A DNA stretch of 64,000 bases from an uncultured Bacilli bacterium (GTDB lineage: Bacteria > Bacillota_I > Bacilli_A > RF39 > UBA660), in NCBI GenBank assembly GCA_934098445.1, contig CAKOOW010000001.1, positions 10,872 through 74,871 of the forward strand. The letters run 5' to 3'. Shown here piece by piece: positions 11,672-21,481 of this stretch. The position numbers were made by a program, and so were the translations under genes. The notes beneath the pieces are model-generated. The model did no database searches and had not been told where the DNA came from. It was given only the letters and a program-made list of their open reading frames with translations. Numbering within the stretch: position 1 is the stretch's first letter; each line of letters begins with the position of its first letter.

Positions 11672-12310
11672 ATGAAAATAGAAATTAAATCTTATGCTAA
11701 TAATAGCTCACTAGTGAGTGCGGTTTTGTTCTTTATACTAGGGGCAATTATGTTTACTAATCCAGATACTATGGTGATTGCGGTATCAAAAATATTTGGT
11801 GGTGTTTTAATTCTTTTTGGACTTTATTCTTGCATTAAGAATTATATTTTAGTTAAGGAAGATGGCAATACTTCATCTTTACCGATGATTATGGGACTTA
11901 CGGCTGTTGCTTTTGGAACCGTCTTCTTCTTTGCTGCAGGCTTTGTAGAAGCTTTATTCCGTTTCATTATTGGTGGTTGGATTTTGATTAGCGGAATTAT
12001 GAGATTCGCGAATGCGATGGAAATGAATAAGAAAGATACTTCAAAATTTATTAGTCTTTTGATTATTGCGTTGTTATTAGTACTTGCTGGACTTTATACT
12101 ATTTTGGAAGCTAATTTAGCATTCCAAACGATAGGAATTGTCTTAATGGTTTATGCGGCTTTAGAAATATTTGGTTGGCTAACTAATCGCAGAGTAACAA
12201 AAGAAAGTGTTAGTAAAGAAGAGAAGAAGAAGAAACGAGACAAAAAAGCAGTAGTAGAGGCCGTTGTTATCGAGGATAAAACTGAAAAAAAGAATTCTAA
12301 GTCAAAATAA
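11672..12310 (+). CDS. HdeD/DUF308-like multi-pass membrane protein with a lysine-rich C-terminal tail.
   Basis: Repeated Gly-rich TM helices (FGGVLILFGLY, GGWILISG) and a KEEKKKKRDKK tail. Confidence 0.4.
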   Translation: MKIEIKSYANNSSLVSAVLFFILGAIMFTNPDTMVIAVSKIFGGVLILFGLYSCIKNYILVKEDGNTSSLPMIMGLTAVAFGTVFFFAAGFVEALFRFIIGGWILISGIMRFANAMEMNKKDTSKFISLLIIALLLVLAGLYTILEANLAFQTIGIVLMVYAALEIFGWLTNRRVTKESVSKEEKKKKRDKKAVVEAVVIEDKTEKKNSKSK

Positions 12311-12312
12311 CT

Positions 12313-12759
12313 TTAAGAATTCTTTTTTAATGCATCTAAGTTTAAAATAATAAGAACAGTCAAGTAAATTAAACAAATAATCACAATACTGTAGTACATA
12401 ATAACACTTCGAGCGGAAAAGATTTTAATAGCCTTTCCCCGAATGTCGGCATTACTAATTGGATTGTATTCATTATCGGTATTATCCTTAATATAAGTTA
12501 AATACTCGCTACGTGATTTTACTTTAGCAATTGAATACTTATTTTCAATATTATATATTATAATGTCATTTTCTTGATAGTTATCTTGTTTCTGATATAA
12601 TACCAAGTCGTTATTATTGATAAGAGGTGTTAGTTCGTTGGTTGCACTTTTAACAAAATGAAGACCCGCAAAATGGACATTTACTAAGAAAAGACCAACA
12701 ATGTTGATAATAAGAAAAATAGCAACTAATGTATTAATAATTTTGGTAATTATTTTCAT
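12313..12759 (-). CDS. Hypothetical bitopic membrane protein; possibly a degenerate signal-peptidase-I/SipW-like protein.
   Basis: N- and C-terminal TM segments flank a roughly 90-aa domain. The resemblance is weak. Confidence 0.25.
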   Translation of the reverse strand: MKIITKIINTLVAIFLIINIVGLFLVNVHFAGLHFVKSATNELTPLINNNDLVLYQKQDNYQENDIIIYNIENKYSIAKVKSRSEYLTYIKDNTDNEYNPISNADIRGKAIKIFSARSVIMYYSIVIICLIYLTVLIILNLDALKKNS

Positions 12760-12760
12760 T

Positions 12761-13087
12761 TTAACCCTTGATTTCTTCTAATTTAGATTCTAATTTTTTT
12801 AAATAATTGATGAGATTATTCAAGTCATCTTTAGTAGAATATTCTTTATTATTAAGGCTATGGTTATTAGCTCCACTTTTAATACGATTTCCATTATTAT
12901 TTTGGTAACGTCCATTGATAAGCTGTTGTTGGGCTGCTGTTGTTAACATAAACTGACCGACTAAAATAATCCAGTTACCAATAGAGTTTAATTCATTGGC
13001 TGTATAATCACCTTCAACAATGAGACCAGTTATAGCGCCAAGAATAGAAAATAATTCGGGATTGATATTAGGAGGAAAATTTTGCAT
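12761..13087 (-). CDS. Hypothetical protein.
   Basis: ORF preceded by GGAGG; no recognisable family. Confidence 0.3.
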   Translation of the reverse strand: MQNFPPNINPELFSILGAITGLIVEGDYTANELNSIGNWIILVGQFMLTTAAQQQLINGRYQNNNGNRIKSGANNHSLNNKEYSTKDDLNNLINYLKKLESKLEEIKG

Positions 13088-13264
13088 ATAATACCTCCTT
13101 TAATATGTTATAGTCTAATAAATAATATGCCAAAAAGAAAAATATGTTAATAGAGAAGAAATCTTATCCTTTCTAATTTTATTTTAATTTATTTACGAAA
13201 AAATAGCAATATGATACAATATAATTTATCAAAAGAAAGGACCACCTTTGGTGGAGATTAATTA

Positions 13265-13564
13265 ATGAAGAAAAAATTATTATTGAAGATAAAAAGATGG
13301 ATATTAACGTTAAGAAAAGCTTATAGTTCTAAGAAAGACTTAATTACAGACTTTATTCATACGGAGAATTTTGATGGATTGATGCAAAATCCAATCTGGG
13401 AACAAGGAATGAATTATTTTAATACTAAAGATATTAATGATATTAAGTTAGCAGTTTTGGATGTTAATAAAGAATTATATTCAATAGATGAATATAGACT
13501 ACACTTGAATTATATTCAAAAAAGTAAAAAAAGAAAATTAGTGAAAGAAAATTGCCAATATTAA
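13265..13564 (+). CDS. Hypothetical protein.
   Basis: The ORF lies behind a GGTGGAG RBS that is buried in a CCACC-TTT-GGTGG hairpin. Confidence 0.3.
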   Translation: MKKKLLLKIKRWILTLRKAYSSKKDLITDFIHTENFDGLMQNPIWEQGMNYFNTKDINDIKLAVLDVNKELYSIDEYRLHLNYIQKSKKRKLVKENCQY

Positions 13565-13617
13565 AATAATTATGGTATAATACTTTAGAAATTTGTGTTG
13601 TTTGTGAGGTGAAAAGA

Positions 13618-13764
13618 ATGAAAGTATATAAGAAAAATTTACCAGAAGGTGTAAAAAAATGCTTTGCTTATGAAAAAGGTGTTAAAGTAAAACTAATTAA
13701 CAAATTATATTTAGATGAGAAAAAAAGAAATAAAAAAATCGAAAATTCTAAGAAAGCTAACTAA
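13618..13764 (+). CDS. Small lysine-rich protein (48 aa), not in the ORF track.
   Basis: TGgTATAAT promoter at about 13574, a GAGGTGA RBS, ATG at 13618, and a terminator at 13764-13786. Confidence 0.4.
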   Translation: MKVYKKNLPEGVKKCFAYEKGVKVKLINKLYLDEKKRNKKIENSKKAN

Positions 13765-13786
13765 GAGTCGAAAGGCTCTTTTTTTC
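13764..13786 (+). terminator. Rho-independent terminator.
   Basis: AGAGTC-gaaag-GGCTCT stem followed by a T7 run. Confidence 0.6.
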
Positions 13787-13789
13787 GTA

Positions 13790-13818
13790 TAAAAAATGCA
13801 ATAACCATAAGTTATGCA
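13790..13818 (-). terminator. Rho-independent terminator for csp.
   Basis: TGCATAAC-ttatg-GTTATTGCA hairpin followed by TTTTTTAT on the minus strand. Confidence 0.55.
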
Positions 13819-13920
13819 TTGTATATTAAATCAGGATGACCACCAATTAAAAATATATTAGAATTAAAATCCTTTTTAGGAATTGTTTTATAGTAAACAA
13901 TATTCTCTTCACTTATTACT

Positions 13921-14154
13921 TTAACAGCCACTGTTTACCACCTTATAATCTTTGATTGCCTCTACATTCTTAGCTTGCAAACCCTTAGGAGTCTCAACTA
14001 AATTAAAACTTACATGATCACCTTCTTTTAATGTTTTGTAACCATCCATGATGATTTGCGTATAGTGAACAAAAATATCTTCCTTTTCACTTTTATTATT
14101 CTCTAAAAAGCCAAAACCCTTCTCATTGTTAAACCATTTTACTTTACTTTCCAT
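13921..14154 (-). CDS. Cold-shock protein (CspA family).
   Basis: KVKWFNNEKGFGFL RNP1 motif and VHYTQI. The start is placed at MESKV, preceded by GAAGGGAGAG. Confidence 0.85.
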   Translation of the reverse strand: MESKVKWFNNEKGFGFLENNKSEKEDIFVHYTQIIMDGYKTLKEGDHVSFNLVETPKGLQAKNVEAIKDYKVVNSGC

Positions 14155-14270
14155 ATTTACTCTCCCTTCGTTTAACATACTTATATTATGACACATTTTT
14201 TAATGCAAAAACTGTAAAGAAACTGTAATAAAACTGTAATAAAATGAAAGTTAATTTTGACCGCTAAAAT

Positions 14271-14296
14271 AGAAAAAAGCCCAAAAATATGGGCTA
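14271..14296 (-). terminator. Rho-independent terminator for the XRE regulator gene.
   Basis: AGCCCA-tattttt-TGGGCT hairpin followed by TTTTTTC on the minus strand; it overlaps the TAG stop. Confidence 0.6.
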
Positions 14297-14545
14297 AACT
14301 TCTTCTTTAAAGAACTCTCCGACATCTTTTTCAAGAACTACTGATATTCGATACAAAGTTTCAATTGAAAATCCTCTTGCTCCGTGTTCTGATTCTATTC
14401 TTCTTAAGAACTCAAAAGAACGGTCAGTATAAACAGCTAATTGTTCTTGGGTATAACCTTTTTCAATGCGGTACTTACGAATATTTTTAGCTATTGTTGC
14501 CTTAATATTCTTATTAAATTTAAAATTTTTATCATTTATTGTCAT
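14294..14545 (-). CDS. XRE-family helix-turn-helix transcriptional regulator.
   Basis: HTH_3 pattern ...IRKYRIEKGYTQEQLAVYTDRSFEFLRRIESE. The start is placed at the ATG downstream of AGGTGGA. Confidence 0.7.
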   Translation of the reverse strand: MTINDKNFKFNKNIKATIAKNIRKYRIEKGYTQEQLAVYTDRSFEFLRRIESEHGARGFSIETLYRISVVLEKDVGEFFKEEV

Positions 14546-14730
14546 TTCCATCCACCTATTAATAATTTTCCCATTTTTCAAAAAATTAGTATGTAGTCAG
14601 AAATGACCGCTTTATATAAAAAATTTAGAAATTATGTGATATAATTTACTTAAGAAAGAAAAAACGCGTATAAAATACCAATTATTGTCAAAAATAATAA
14701 TATCTTTAAACAAACTTTTGGGAGGTTAAA

Positions 14731-15051
14731 ATGGAAAATAAAGAAGAAAGAAATGGAAAAGAGGTAAATAAAACAAACAACTCACTGGATACATTAGATC
14801 AATATATAAAAAAAAATGTCGCGGAATTAAAAAATATTGCTTATCAAACAATGAAATTATATGAAAAACAATGTATAGTTTTAAAAAGACAAATTAATAA
14901 TTTAAAGAGAATAAAACCTCTAATAGAATATAATGTTGCTTTTCTAAAGTGGCAAAAAGAGTTAAATATTTTGGAACAGCGATATGAAATGACATTTGAT
15001 AAATATTTAGATGAAAAAAAAGAACTTGATAATGTATCAAGACTTTATTGA
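14731..15051 (+). CDS. Hypothetical coiled-coil protein.
   Basis: ORF preceded by GGGAGG; no recognisable family. Confidence 0.3.
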   Translation: MENKEERNGKEVNKTNNSLDTLDQYIKKNVAELKNIAYQTMKLYEKQCIVLKRQINNLKRIKPLIEYNVAFLKWQKELNILEQRYEMTFDKYLDEKKELDNVSRLY

Positions 15052-15441
15052 AGTATTAAGCATCAGTTTTATTGTGCGATTATAAGCATTAGAAATACTT
15101 TTATTAGTGCTTTCAAATTTTTTATATAAATCTTCATAATCTAACGGATACCCTTCATCATTGACAATTCTATTCTTTAATTTAACTATTTCTTCTAATT
15201 TACGACTTACTTGATGTTGCAATTCCGGATTAGTACGTGCCAAAGCGGCTTGTTGAGAAAAAATAATAAACAAACTGTTATATAAATTATAAAGTCGCCT
15301 TAAATCATAATGAAGTAATTCTTCTTCTTTTTTAGTGCTATCAATTATCATTATGATGTGATTCATAAAGTAACGAACATTAACTTCTGGATCTTCACGA
15401 TCGCCATAATATGAATAGTCTATATCTTTAAAGTATGACAT
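15037..15441 (-). CDS. Hypothetical protein.
   Basis: The start is placed at MSYFK behind AAGAGGGGGA. It is convergent with, and overlaps, the 3' end of the 14731 ORF. Confidence 0.3.
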   Translation of the reverse strand: MSYFKDIDYSYYGDREDPEVNVRYFMNHIIMIIDSTKKEEELLHYDLRRLYNLYNSLFIIFSQQAALARTNPELQHQVSRKLEEIVKLKNRIVNDEGYPLDYEDLYKKFESTNKSISNAYNRTIKLMLNTSIKS

Positions 15442-15671
15442 ATTATCCCCCTCTTTCATTTGGACAGTTATTATAGTATAAAAATTTATAAATTGCAAAT
15501 TTTTTTGCTTAACTTTTTATTTAACACTTTGAACCATTATATTAATCTTCTGATAATAACTTACAGTATTTTAAAAAGACCGCTAACAGATTAAACCTGT
15601 TAACAGCCTAAATTTAGCTACATTCTTAGCTCATTATTTAAAGTTCGATTAAAATCAAACATATTTACGTT

Positions 15672-15745
15672 TGGCAGGGACAGAAGGATTTGAACCCTCG
15701 CGAACGGTTTTGGAGACCGTCATACTACCACTATATTATGTCCCT
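15672..15745 (-). tRNA. trnW: tRNA-Trp (anticodon CCA) with an encoded 3' CCA.
   Basis: The reverse complement gives AGGGACA...ACGGT-CTCCAAA-ACCGT...GGTTCAAATCC...TGTCCCTGCCA. It folds as a cloverleaf with 7-bp acceptor and 5-bp anticodon stems and a U33-CCA-A37 loop. Confidence 0.85.
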
Positions 15746-15827
15746 AATTTTTCCTTTGCTCTTCCATTATAATACATAATATATGATTTTAGCAAGGAAA
15801 AATTGCTTTTTACCTGTGGATAAGGCA

Positions 15828-16451
15828 CTAGTTATCCACAGGCTTTATTAAGTTTATCAATTTTGAAGAAGGAATTACTATTTTAATCGGTCCGCTTGCC
15901 CAAGGTGCTACTTGATATGGTGGGAAAGTCAAATGTAAACCTTCTTTATCAAAATAATATAAAGAGAAGTTTTCTAACATTGGTTTAGTCCCTTCCTTTA
16001 ACCAATTCTTATCTTCATTAGCGCCTATTTTTACTAATTCTTCATAACTTAATTTAGAAAGTGTTTCTAAGTAATTATCATTCTTAAAGAAATCTTTTAG
16101 TTCTAAAATTTCACCACTCTTATTATAAGTAAATTGGTTATTTATTAGAAAATAATGAACACCACCAGTATAACTATAAATAAAATATTGTAAATAATAA
16201 ATACCATTATATTCATGTAATTCATAATCAGTATAAAAGTCATTTTTTATTTCATTATAGTTTTCACACTGTTTAAATTCTTCTAACTTTTCATCTAACC
16301 AGTCTTTAATCTTTTTATTAACATTAGGAAAAGGTGTTTCATAAATATCTATTTTATAAGTATATTTATCAGTACTTTCTTTTACTTCATAAGCAAGAAC
16401 AGGACTAGTTAAAATAAGAGATGATAGTATAAATATAAATAATAATTTCAT
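15828..16451 (-). CDS. Secreted hypothetical protein (signal peptide).
   Basis: N-terminal MKLLFIFILSSLILTSPVLA signal peptide. Confidence 0.4.
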   Translation of the reverse strand: MKLLFIFILSSLILTSPVLAYEVKESTDKYTYKIDIYETPFPNVNKKIKDWLDEKLEEFKQCENYNEIKNDFYTDYELHEYNGIYYLQYFIYSYTGGVHYFLINNQFTYNKSGEILELKDFFKNDNYLETLSKLSYEELVKIGANEDKNWLKEGTKPMLENFSLYYFDKEGLHLTFPPYQVAPWASGPIKIVIPSSKLINLIKPVDN

Positions 16452-16520
16452 ATAATCACCATTTATAGGATAACCAAAAAAGTAGAGATTATACTCTACT
16501 CTAGTTATAATATATTTTAA

Positions 16521-18623
16521 CTATTTTTGATTAATTATTATCTTATCATCTTGATAGTCAACTTCTAATTTTGCATTAGGTTTAACAGTATTTTCAATTA
16601 GTTGTTTTGCTAAGACAGTTTCTAGTTCTCTACTTACTAGACGTTTTAATGGTCTGGCACCATAATACTCATCATAACCATTTTCAACAAAGTAATTTCT
16701 AGCCGCAGGTGTTAAAGTTATAGTTAGATTTAAGTCTTTTAGACGAGTTTCTATTTCTTTGATTAATTTATCTAAAATACTAGATAATACTTCTTTAGTT
16801 AATTTATTAAACATAATTACTTCATCAACACGATTAATAAATTCTGGTTTAAAGTATTTATGTAATTCTTGTTCGACCTTTTCAGGTTCATTATTTAGAA
16901 TATATTCACTGCCAACATTAGAAGTCATAATAATTATAGTATTTTTAAAGTCAACAGTACGACCATTAGAATCAGTTAATCTACCATCATCTAAGATTTG
17001 TAATAATAAGTTTAAAACATCAGGATGGGCTTTTTCAATTTCATCAAAGAGAACAATACTATATGGATTACGACGGACAGCCTCAGTTAATTGACCACCT
17101 TCTTCGTAGCCAACATAGCCTGGAGCAGCGCCCACTAGACGAGATACAGAGTATTTTTCCATATATTCACTCATATCAATTCTTATCATGTGTTTTTCAT
17201 CATCAAATAGTTCATAAGCAAGAGCCTTAGCTACTTCAGTTTTACCCACCCCGGTTGGCCCTAGGAAAATAAAGGAACCAATAGGACGGTTAGGATCTTT
17301 AATACCACTACGACTACGAATGATAGCTTCACTTACTAGTCTTAAAGCTTCTTTTTGACCTTTAACTCTTTTTCCTAAATTTTCTTCTAAGTGTAAAAGT
17401 TTTTCTTTTTCACTACTTATTAATTTGGCAATAGGAATATTAGTCCATTTACTAATGACATTTGCAATATCATCAGAGGTTACAACATCACTTAAAATAC
17501 GAGATTTTTCTTTACTATTTAGTTCTTCTAATTCTTTTTCTAATCTTGGAATAGTACCATGACGAAGACGAGCCGCAGTTTCTAAATCATAACGATTTTC
17601 AGCCGTTTCTAAATCAAATTTAGCTTTAGATATTTCTTGTTTTTTATTCTTAATATTTTCATTAAGACTTTTTTCTTTCTCCCAAGCACTTCTTAAATCT
17701 TGTTCTTGAAGTTTTAAGTCATATAATTCTTTATCGATTTCATCTTTACGGCGAAGCGATAATTCATCTTTTTCTTTCTTAATGGCTTCTCTTTCAATTT
17801 CTAGACGCATAATTTTTCTCGTAAGTTCATCTAAGTTAGTTGGAACACTATCCATTTGAACTCTAATAGTAGCACAAGCCTCATCTACTAAATCTAAGGC
17901 TTTATCGGGTAGATAACGGTCTGTTATATAACGGTTTGATAAAGTAGCAGCGGCCACTAAAGCCTTATCTTGAATAGTAACTCCATGATGGATTTCAAAT
18001 CTTTCCTTTAAACCTCTTAAGATAGTTATCGTATCTTCAAGTGTTGGTTCATGAACAATTATCTTTTGGAAACGACGTTCTAAGGCTCCATCTTTTTCAA
18101 TATATTTACGATATTCATTTAAAGTAGTAGCACCGATAACATGGATTTCACCACGAGCAAGCATTGGTTTTAAGATATTACCGGTATCCATAGCGCCTTC
18201 AATCGCTCCTGTGCCGACAATCATATGAATTTCATCGATAAACATGATGATGTTGCCTTCACTTTTCTTGATTTCATCTAAGACTTTCTTTAGTCTTTCT
18301 TCGAATTCTCCACGATATTTAGCCCCTGCTATTAAAGATGCCATATTAAGCTCCCAAATAGTTTTATCTTTTAGGGTACTTGGCACATCGCCTTTGACGA
18401 TTCTTTGAGCAAGTCCTTCGACAATTGCAGTTTTACCAACACCTGGTTCTCCAATTAAGACAGGATTGTTCTTAGTTTTACGTGATAAGACTTTAGTAAT
18501 ACTTCTAATTTCTTCATCACGACCAATTACAGGGTCAATCTTTCTTTTCTTGACCTCTTCATTTATATTACGACCATATTTTTCTAATACGTTTTCATTT
18601 TCTTCTGGATTATTATTAAACAT
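16521..18623 (-). CDS. clpB: Chaperone ClpB, a short form lacking the Clp N-domain.
   Basis: Two AAA modules (GEPGVGKT and GPTGVGKT) with a coiled-coil middle domain. The protein begins directly at NBD1, like the roughly 715-aa ClpB of Mollicutes. Confidence 0.9.
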   Translation of the reverse strand: MFNNNPEENENVLEKYGRNINEEVKKRKIDPVIGRDEEIRSITKVLSRKTKNNPVLIGEPGVGKTAIVEGLAQRIVKGDVPSTLKDKTIWELNMASLIAGAKYRGEFEERLKKVLDEIKKSEGNIIMFIDEIHMIVGTGAIEGAMDTGNILKPMLARGEIHVIGATTLNEYRKYIEKDGALERRFQKIIVHEPTLEDTITILRGLKERFEIHHGVTIQDKALVAAATLSNRYITDRYLPDKALDLVDEACATIRVQMDSVPTNLDELTRKIMRLEIEREAIKKEKDELSLRRKDEIDKELYDLKLQEQDLRSAWEKEKSLNENIKNKKQEISKAKFDLETAENRYDLETAARLRHGTIPRLEKELEELNSKEKSRILSDVVTSDDIANVISKWTNIPIAKLISSEKEKLLHLEENLGKRVKGQKEALRLVSEAIIRSRSGIKDPNRPIGSFIFLGPTGVGKTEVAKALAYELFDDEKHMIRIDMSEYMEKYSVSRLVGAAPGYVGYEEGGQLTEAVRRNPYSIVLFDEIEKAHPDVLNLLLQILDDGRLTDSNGRTVDFKNTIIIMTSNVGSEYILNNEPEKVEQELHKYFKPEFINRVDEVIMFNKLTKEVLSSILDKLIKEIETRLKDLNLTITLTPAARNYFVENGYDEYYGARPLKRLVSRELETVLAKQLIENTVKPNAKLEVDYQDDKIIINQK

Positions 18624-18647
18624 ATACATTTCCCCTTTCGAGTATTA

Positions 18648-18675
18648 ATTATACTCCTTTATTAGCACTTGTCAA
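18648..18675 (-). promoter_or_regulatory. SigA-type promoter for clpB, with the -35 TTGACA inside the CIRCE spacer and a TATAAT -10.
   Basis: Minus-strand read: TTGACA - 16 nt - TATAAT, then AAAGGGGAA RBS, then ATG. Confidence 0.55.
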
Positions 18676-18688
18676 GTGGGAGTGCTAG
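18662..18688. promoter_or_regulatory. CIRCE operator (HrcA binding site) upstream of clpB.
   Basis: TTAGCACTT-GTCAAGTGG-GAGTGCTAG, matching the consensus TTAGCACTC-N9-GAGTGCTAA. Confidence 0.8.
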
Positions 18689-18929
18689 TTTTTTATAAAA
18701 GAAAACATCTATGATGTTAGCTTGATGTTGGTAGTCTTTCAAAAGTTAGATTGCCTTTAAATTTAAAATTATTTAGAGTTTTTTTCTGCTTTTATATACT
18801 TTTTCAATTCTTTCTAAATTTTGAATTCTAACTGTTCCTGCTTACTCATAACTTTTAACTCTTATTTAGTAGCATATCTCTTAATATTAAAAAATTGTTA
18901 GACCTCAATTAATTAGATCTAGCAATTCT

Positions 18930-19367
18930 TTATTTTACAACTTCTGCCTTAACTACTTCATTACGATTACATTTTACAGTAAAGGAATTTCCACATTCCG
19001 GACATTTAACGGTATGAGATCCTTTTTTTAAAGGTAATTTTAGTACTTGATGACATTTAGGACATCTTTTATATAAGGCTTTATTATAATTTCTAATTAT
19101 ATCCCTATATAACTTAAATTTCTTTTTAGGATAACTTATAATCTTTACATAGATAGCATTTTCTTTTCTTCTTTGTTTAACATTCTTAGATATTATTCTA
19201 AAGATTAGGATAGCAATACTAAGGACTAAGGCTAAACTCAAGAAAATATTATTAATAAAGATATCCATAATAGTCAAAATAACTATGATAACTAAGTTGA
19301 AATTAAACAAGTCATCAAAGCCATTTCGACCAGGCATACTACGATTAATTAAATCTTTATAAGACAC
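18930..19367 (-). CDS. Membrane protein with a C-terminal C4 zinc ribbon.
   Basis: Two TM helices, then CPKCHQ...CPECGN. Confidence 0.35.
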   Translation of the reverse strand: MSYKDLINRSMPGRNGFDDLFNFNLVIIVILTIMDIFINNIFLSLALVLSIAILIFRIISKNVKQRRKENAIYVKIISYPKKKFKLYRDIIRNYNKALYKRCPKCHQVLKLPLKKGSHTVKCPECGNSFTVKCNRNEVVKAEVVK

Positions 19368-19377
19368 GTATCCTCCT

Positions 19378-21270
19378 TTACTTAGCTAAATATTCACAAA
19401 TTAAATTGCTTATTTCCGTTGGATTTTCAATACTTAAACCTTCAATTAATCTTGCTTCAGCATATAAAATCTTTGTATAATTCTTTAATTCTTCTTTATC
19501 ATTAGCATACAAATCTTTAATCTTCTTAGCTATTTCATGGTTTTCATTTATTTCTAAGACTTTATTAGCAGTCACTCCATTATCAAATGGCATATTTTTC
19601 ATAGTCTTTTCCATTTCAACGGAGATATCGCCTTCACTTGACAAGCATACAGGGTGATTTTTTAATCTATTAGTAAATTTAATAGCTTTAACATCGGGAA
19701 TGGCTTCTTGCATAAAAGTAAACATTTCCTTAGACTCATTATTTTTAGCTTCCAATTCCTTCTTTTCTTCTTCAGTCTCTAAATTAGCATTTTCACTACA
19801 TACATTTTTAAATTCTTTTTCTTCATAACTTCTTAAAGTCATAAGAGCAAATTCATCGACATATTCAGTACAGTAAAGAATTTCATAACCTTTTTCTTTG
19901 GCTGCTTCAACTTGAGGTAATAGGTCAATCTTATCAACAGTTTCCCCACAAGCATAATAAATGTCTTTTTGATTTTCTTTCATGCGACTAACATATTCTT
20001 TTAATGTTGTATATTTCTTATCATTAGATGAAATGAACATTACTAAGTCTTTAACCTTATCTTTATCCATTCCATAATTATTATATACAGCATACTTTAT
20101 CTGCATACCAAAGGCGGTATAGAACTTTTCATACTTAGCACGGTCTTCATCACGCATAGTCTCTAATTCTTTTTTAATCTTACTTTCAATAGAATTAGCA
20201 ATAGTCTTTAAGATACGGTTTTGTTGTAAAGTTTCTCTAGAAATATTTAGGGATAAGTCTGGAGAATCAACAACACCTTTGACAAAACTAAAGTAATCTG
20301 GTAATAAATCAGCACATTTATCGGTTATTAAAACGCCATTAGAATATAGTTGTAAGCCTTTTTCATATTCTTTAGTATAGTAATCAAAAGGAGCATGAGA
20401 TGGAATATAGACTAGAGAAGTATATTCGATTGTACCTTCAGCTTTAATATGAATATGAGCAATTGGTTCTTCATAATCAAAGAATTTATCGCTATAGAAG
20501 GTGTTATATTCTTCAGCCGTTATTTTAGATTTATCTTTCTTCCAAATAGGAATTAAGGAGTTTAAGGTAGTAAGTTCGGTATGCTCCTCATACTCATCAG
20601 GGTCTTTTTCATCTTTTTTAGGTTTTAAATGTTTATGAGTTTCATACATAGTAATTGGATAAGTTATATAATCACTATATTTCTTAATTAGACTAGAAAT
20701 TTCGTATTCTTCTAAGTATTTAGAATACTTTTCATCTTCAGTATCATCTTTTAAATATAAAATAATATCGGTACCATAATTTTCCTTAGTACATGGTTCA
20801 ATCTCATAACCATCAATGCCACTAGAAGTCCATTTATTGGCGGCAGCACTACCATATTTCTTAGAAATAACTTCTACTTTACTAGCTACCATAAAAGCTG
20901 AGTAGAAACCAACTCCGAATTTACCAATAATATCAATATTTTCTTTATGTTCGTTATTTTCTTTGAAATCACTTGACCCACTCTTAGCAATCGTACCTAA
21001 GTTATTTTCTAGTTCTTCTTCAGTCATACCAATACCATTATCACTGATAGTTAAAGTTTTATTCTCTTTATCAGGGGTAATATGAATATTAAATTTACTT
21101 GTATCAACTTTAATATCCTTATCAGTTAAAGACATATAGTGAAGTTTATCAATCGCATCACTAGCATTAGATATAATCTCTCTTAAAAATATTTCTTTGT
21201 TTGTATAAATAGAATTAATCATTAAGTCCATTAGTTTTTTAGATTCTGCTTTAAAAGCTTTTTTCTTCAT
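19378..21270 (-). CDS. htpG: Molecular chaperone HtpG (Hsp90).
   Basis: HATPase N-domain with the Hsp90 signature (NKEIFLRELISNASDA) at full length. Confidence 0.95.
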   Translation of the reverse strand: MKKKAFKAESKKLMDLMINSIYTNKEIFLREIISNASDAIDKLHYMSLTDKDIKVDTSKFNIHITPDKENKTLTISDNGIGMTEEELENNLGTIAKSGSSDFKENNEHKENIDIIGKFGVGFYSAFMVASKVEVISKKYGSAAANKWTSSGIDGYEIEPCTKENYGTDIILYLKDDTEDEKYSKYLEEYEISSLIKKYSDYITYPITMYETHKHLKPKKDEKDPDEYEEHTELTTLNSLIPIWKKDKSKITAEEYNTFYSDKFFDYEEPIAHIHIKAEGTIEYTSLVYIPSHAPFDYYTKEYEKGLQLYSNGVLITDKCADLLPDYFSFVKGVVDSPDLSLNISRETLQQNRILKTIANSIESKIKKELETMRDEDRAKYEKFYTAFGMQIKYAVYNNYGMDKDKVKDLVMFISSNDKKYTTLKEYVSRMKENQKDIYYACGETVDKIDLLPQVEAAKEKGYEILYCTEYVDEFALMTLRSYEEKEFKNVCSENANLETEEEKKELEAKNNESKEMFTFMQEAIPDVKAIKFTNRLKNHPVCLSSEGDISVEMEKTMKNMPFDNGVTANKVLEINENHEIAKKIKDLYANDKEELKNYTKILYAEARLIEGLSIENPTEISNLICEYLAK

Positions 21271-21352
21271 AAATATTATCTCCTTTTATATAAATATATT
21301 ATTCAATGTCATCTTTTTCTTTTAGCAGTCATATTTCTTGAATGCTAAATAA

Positions 21353-21381
21353 AGTATAATTCTTTTTTTAGCACTTGTCAA
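21353..21381 (-). promoter_or_regulatory. SigA-type promoter for htpG, with the -35 TTGACA inside the CIRCE spacer and a TATACT -10.
   Basis: Minus-strand read: TTGACA - 17 nt - TATACT. The architecture is the same as at clpB. Confidence 0.5.
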
Positions 21382-21395
21382 TTAGGGAGTGCTAA
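21368..21395. promoter_or_regulatory. CIRCE operator upstream of htpG.
   Basis: TTAGCACTT-GTCAATTAGG-GAGTGCTAA. Confidence 0.8.
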
Positions 21396-21481
21396 ATTTC
21401 TAATGAAAATTAGGCGAAGAAATTATGAAGTTTGGGTGATAGGACATAAGATATAGTAGAAATAAAGTAACGAGGTGAATT

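Noticed and set aside
15590-15671. A TAACAG-attaaac-CTGTTA hairpin downstream of tRNA-Trp as a terminator.
   Set aside because: The stem is only 6 bp and the T-run is short and offset. It is too weak to call.
16759-18648. Plus-strand ORFs inside clpB and its leader.
   Set aside because: They are antisense to clpB. The 18466-18648 ORF would also run across the CIRCE/promoter region.
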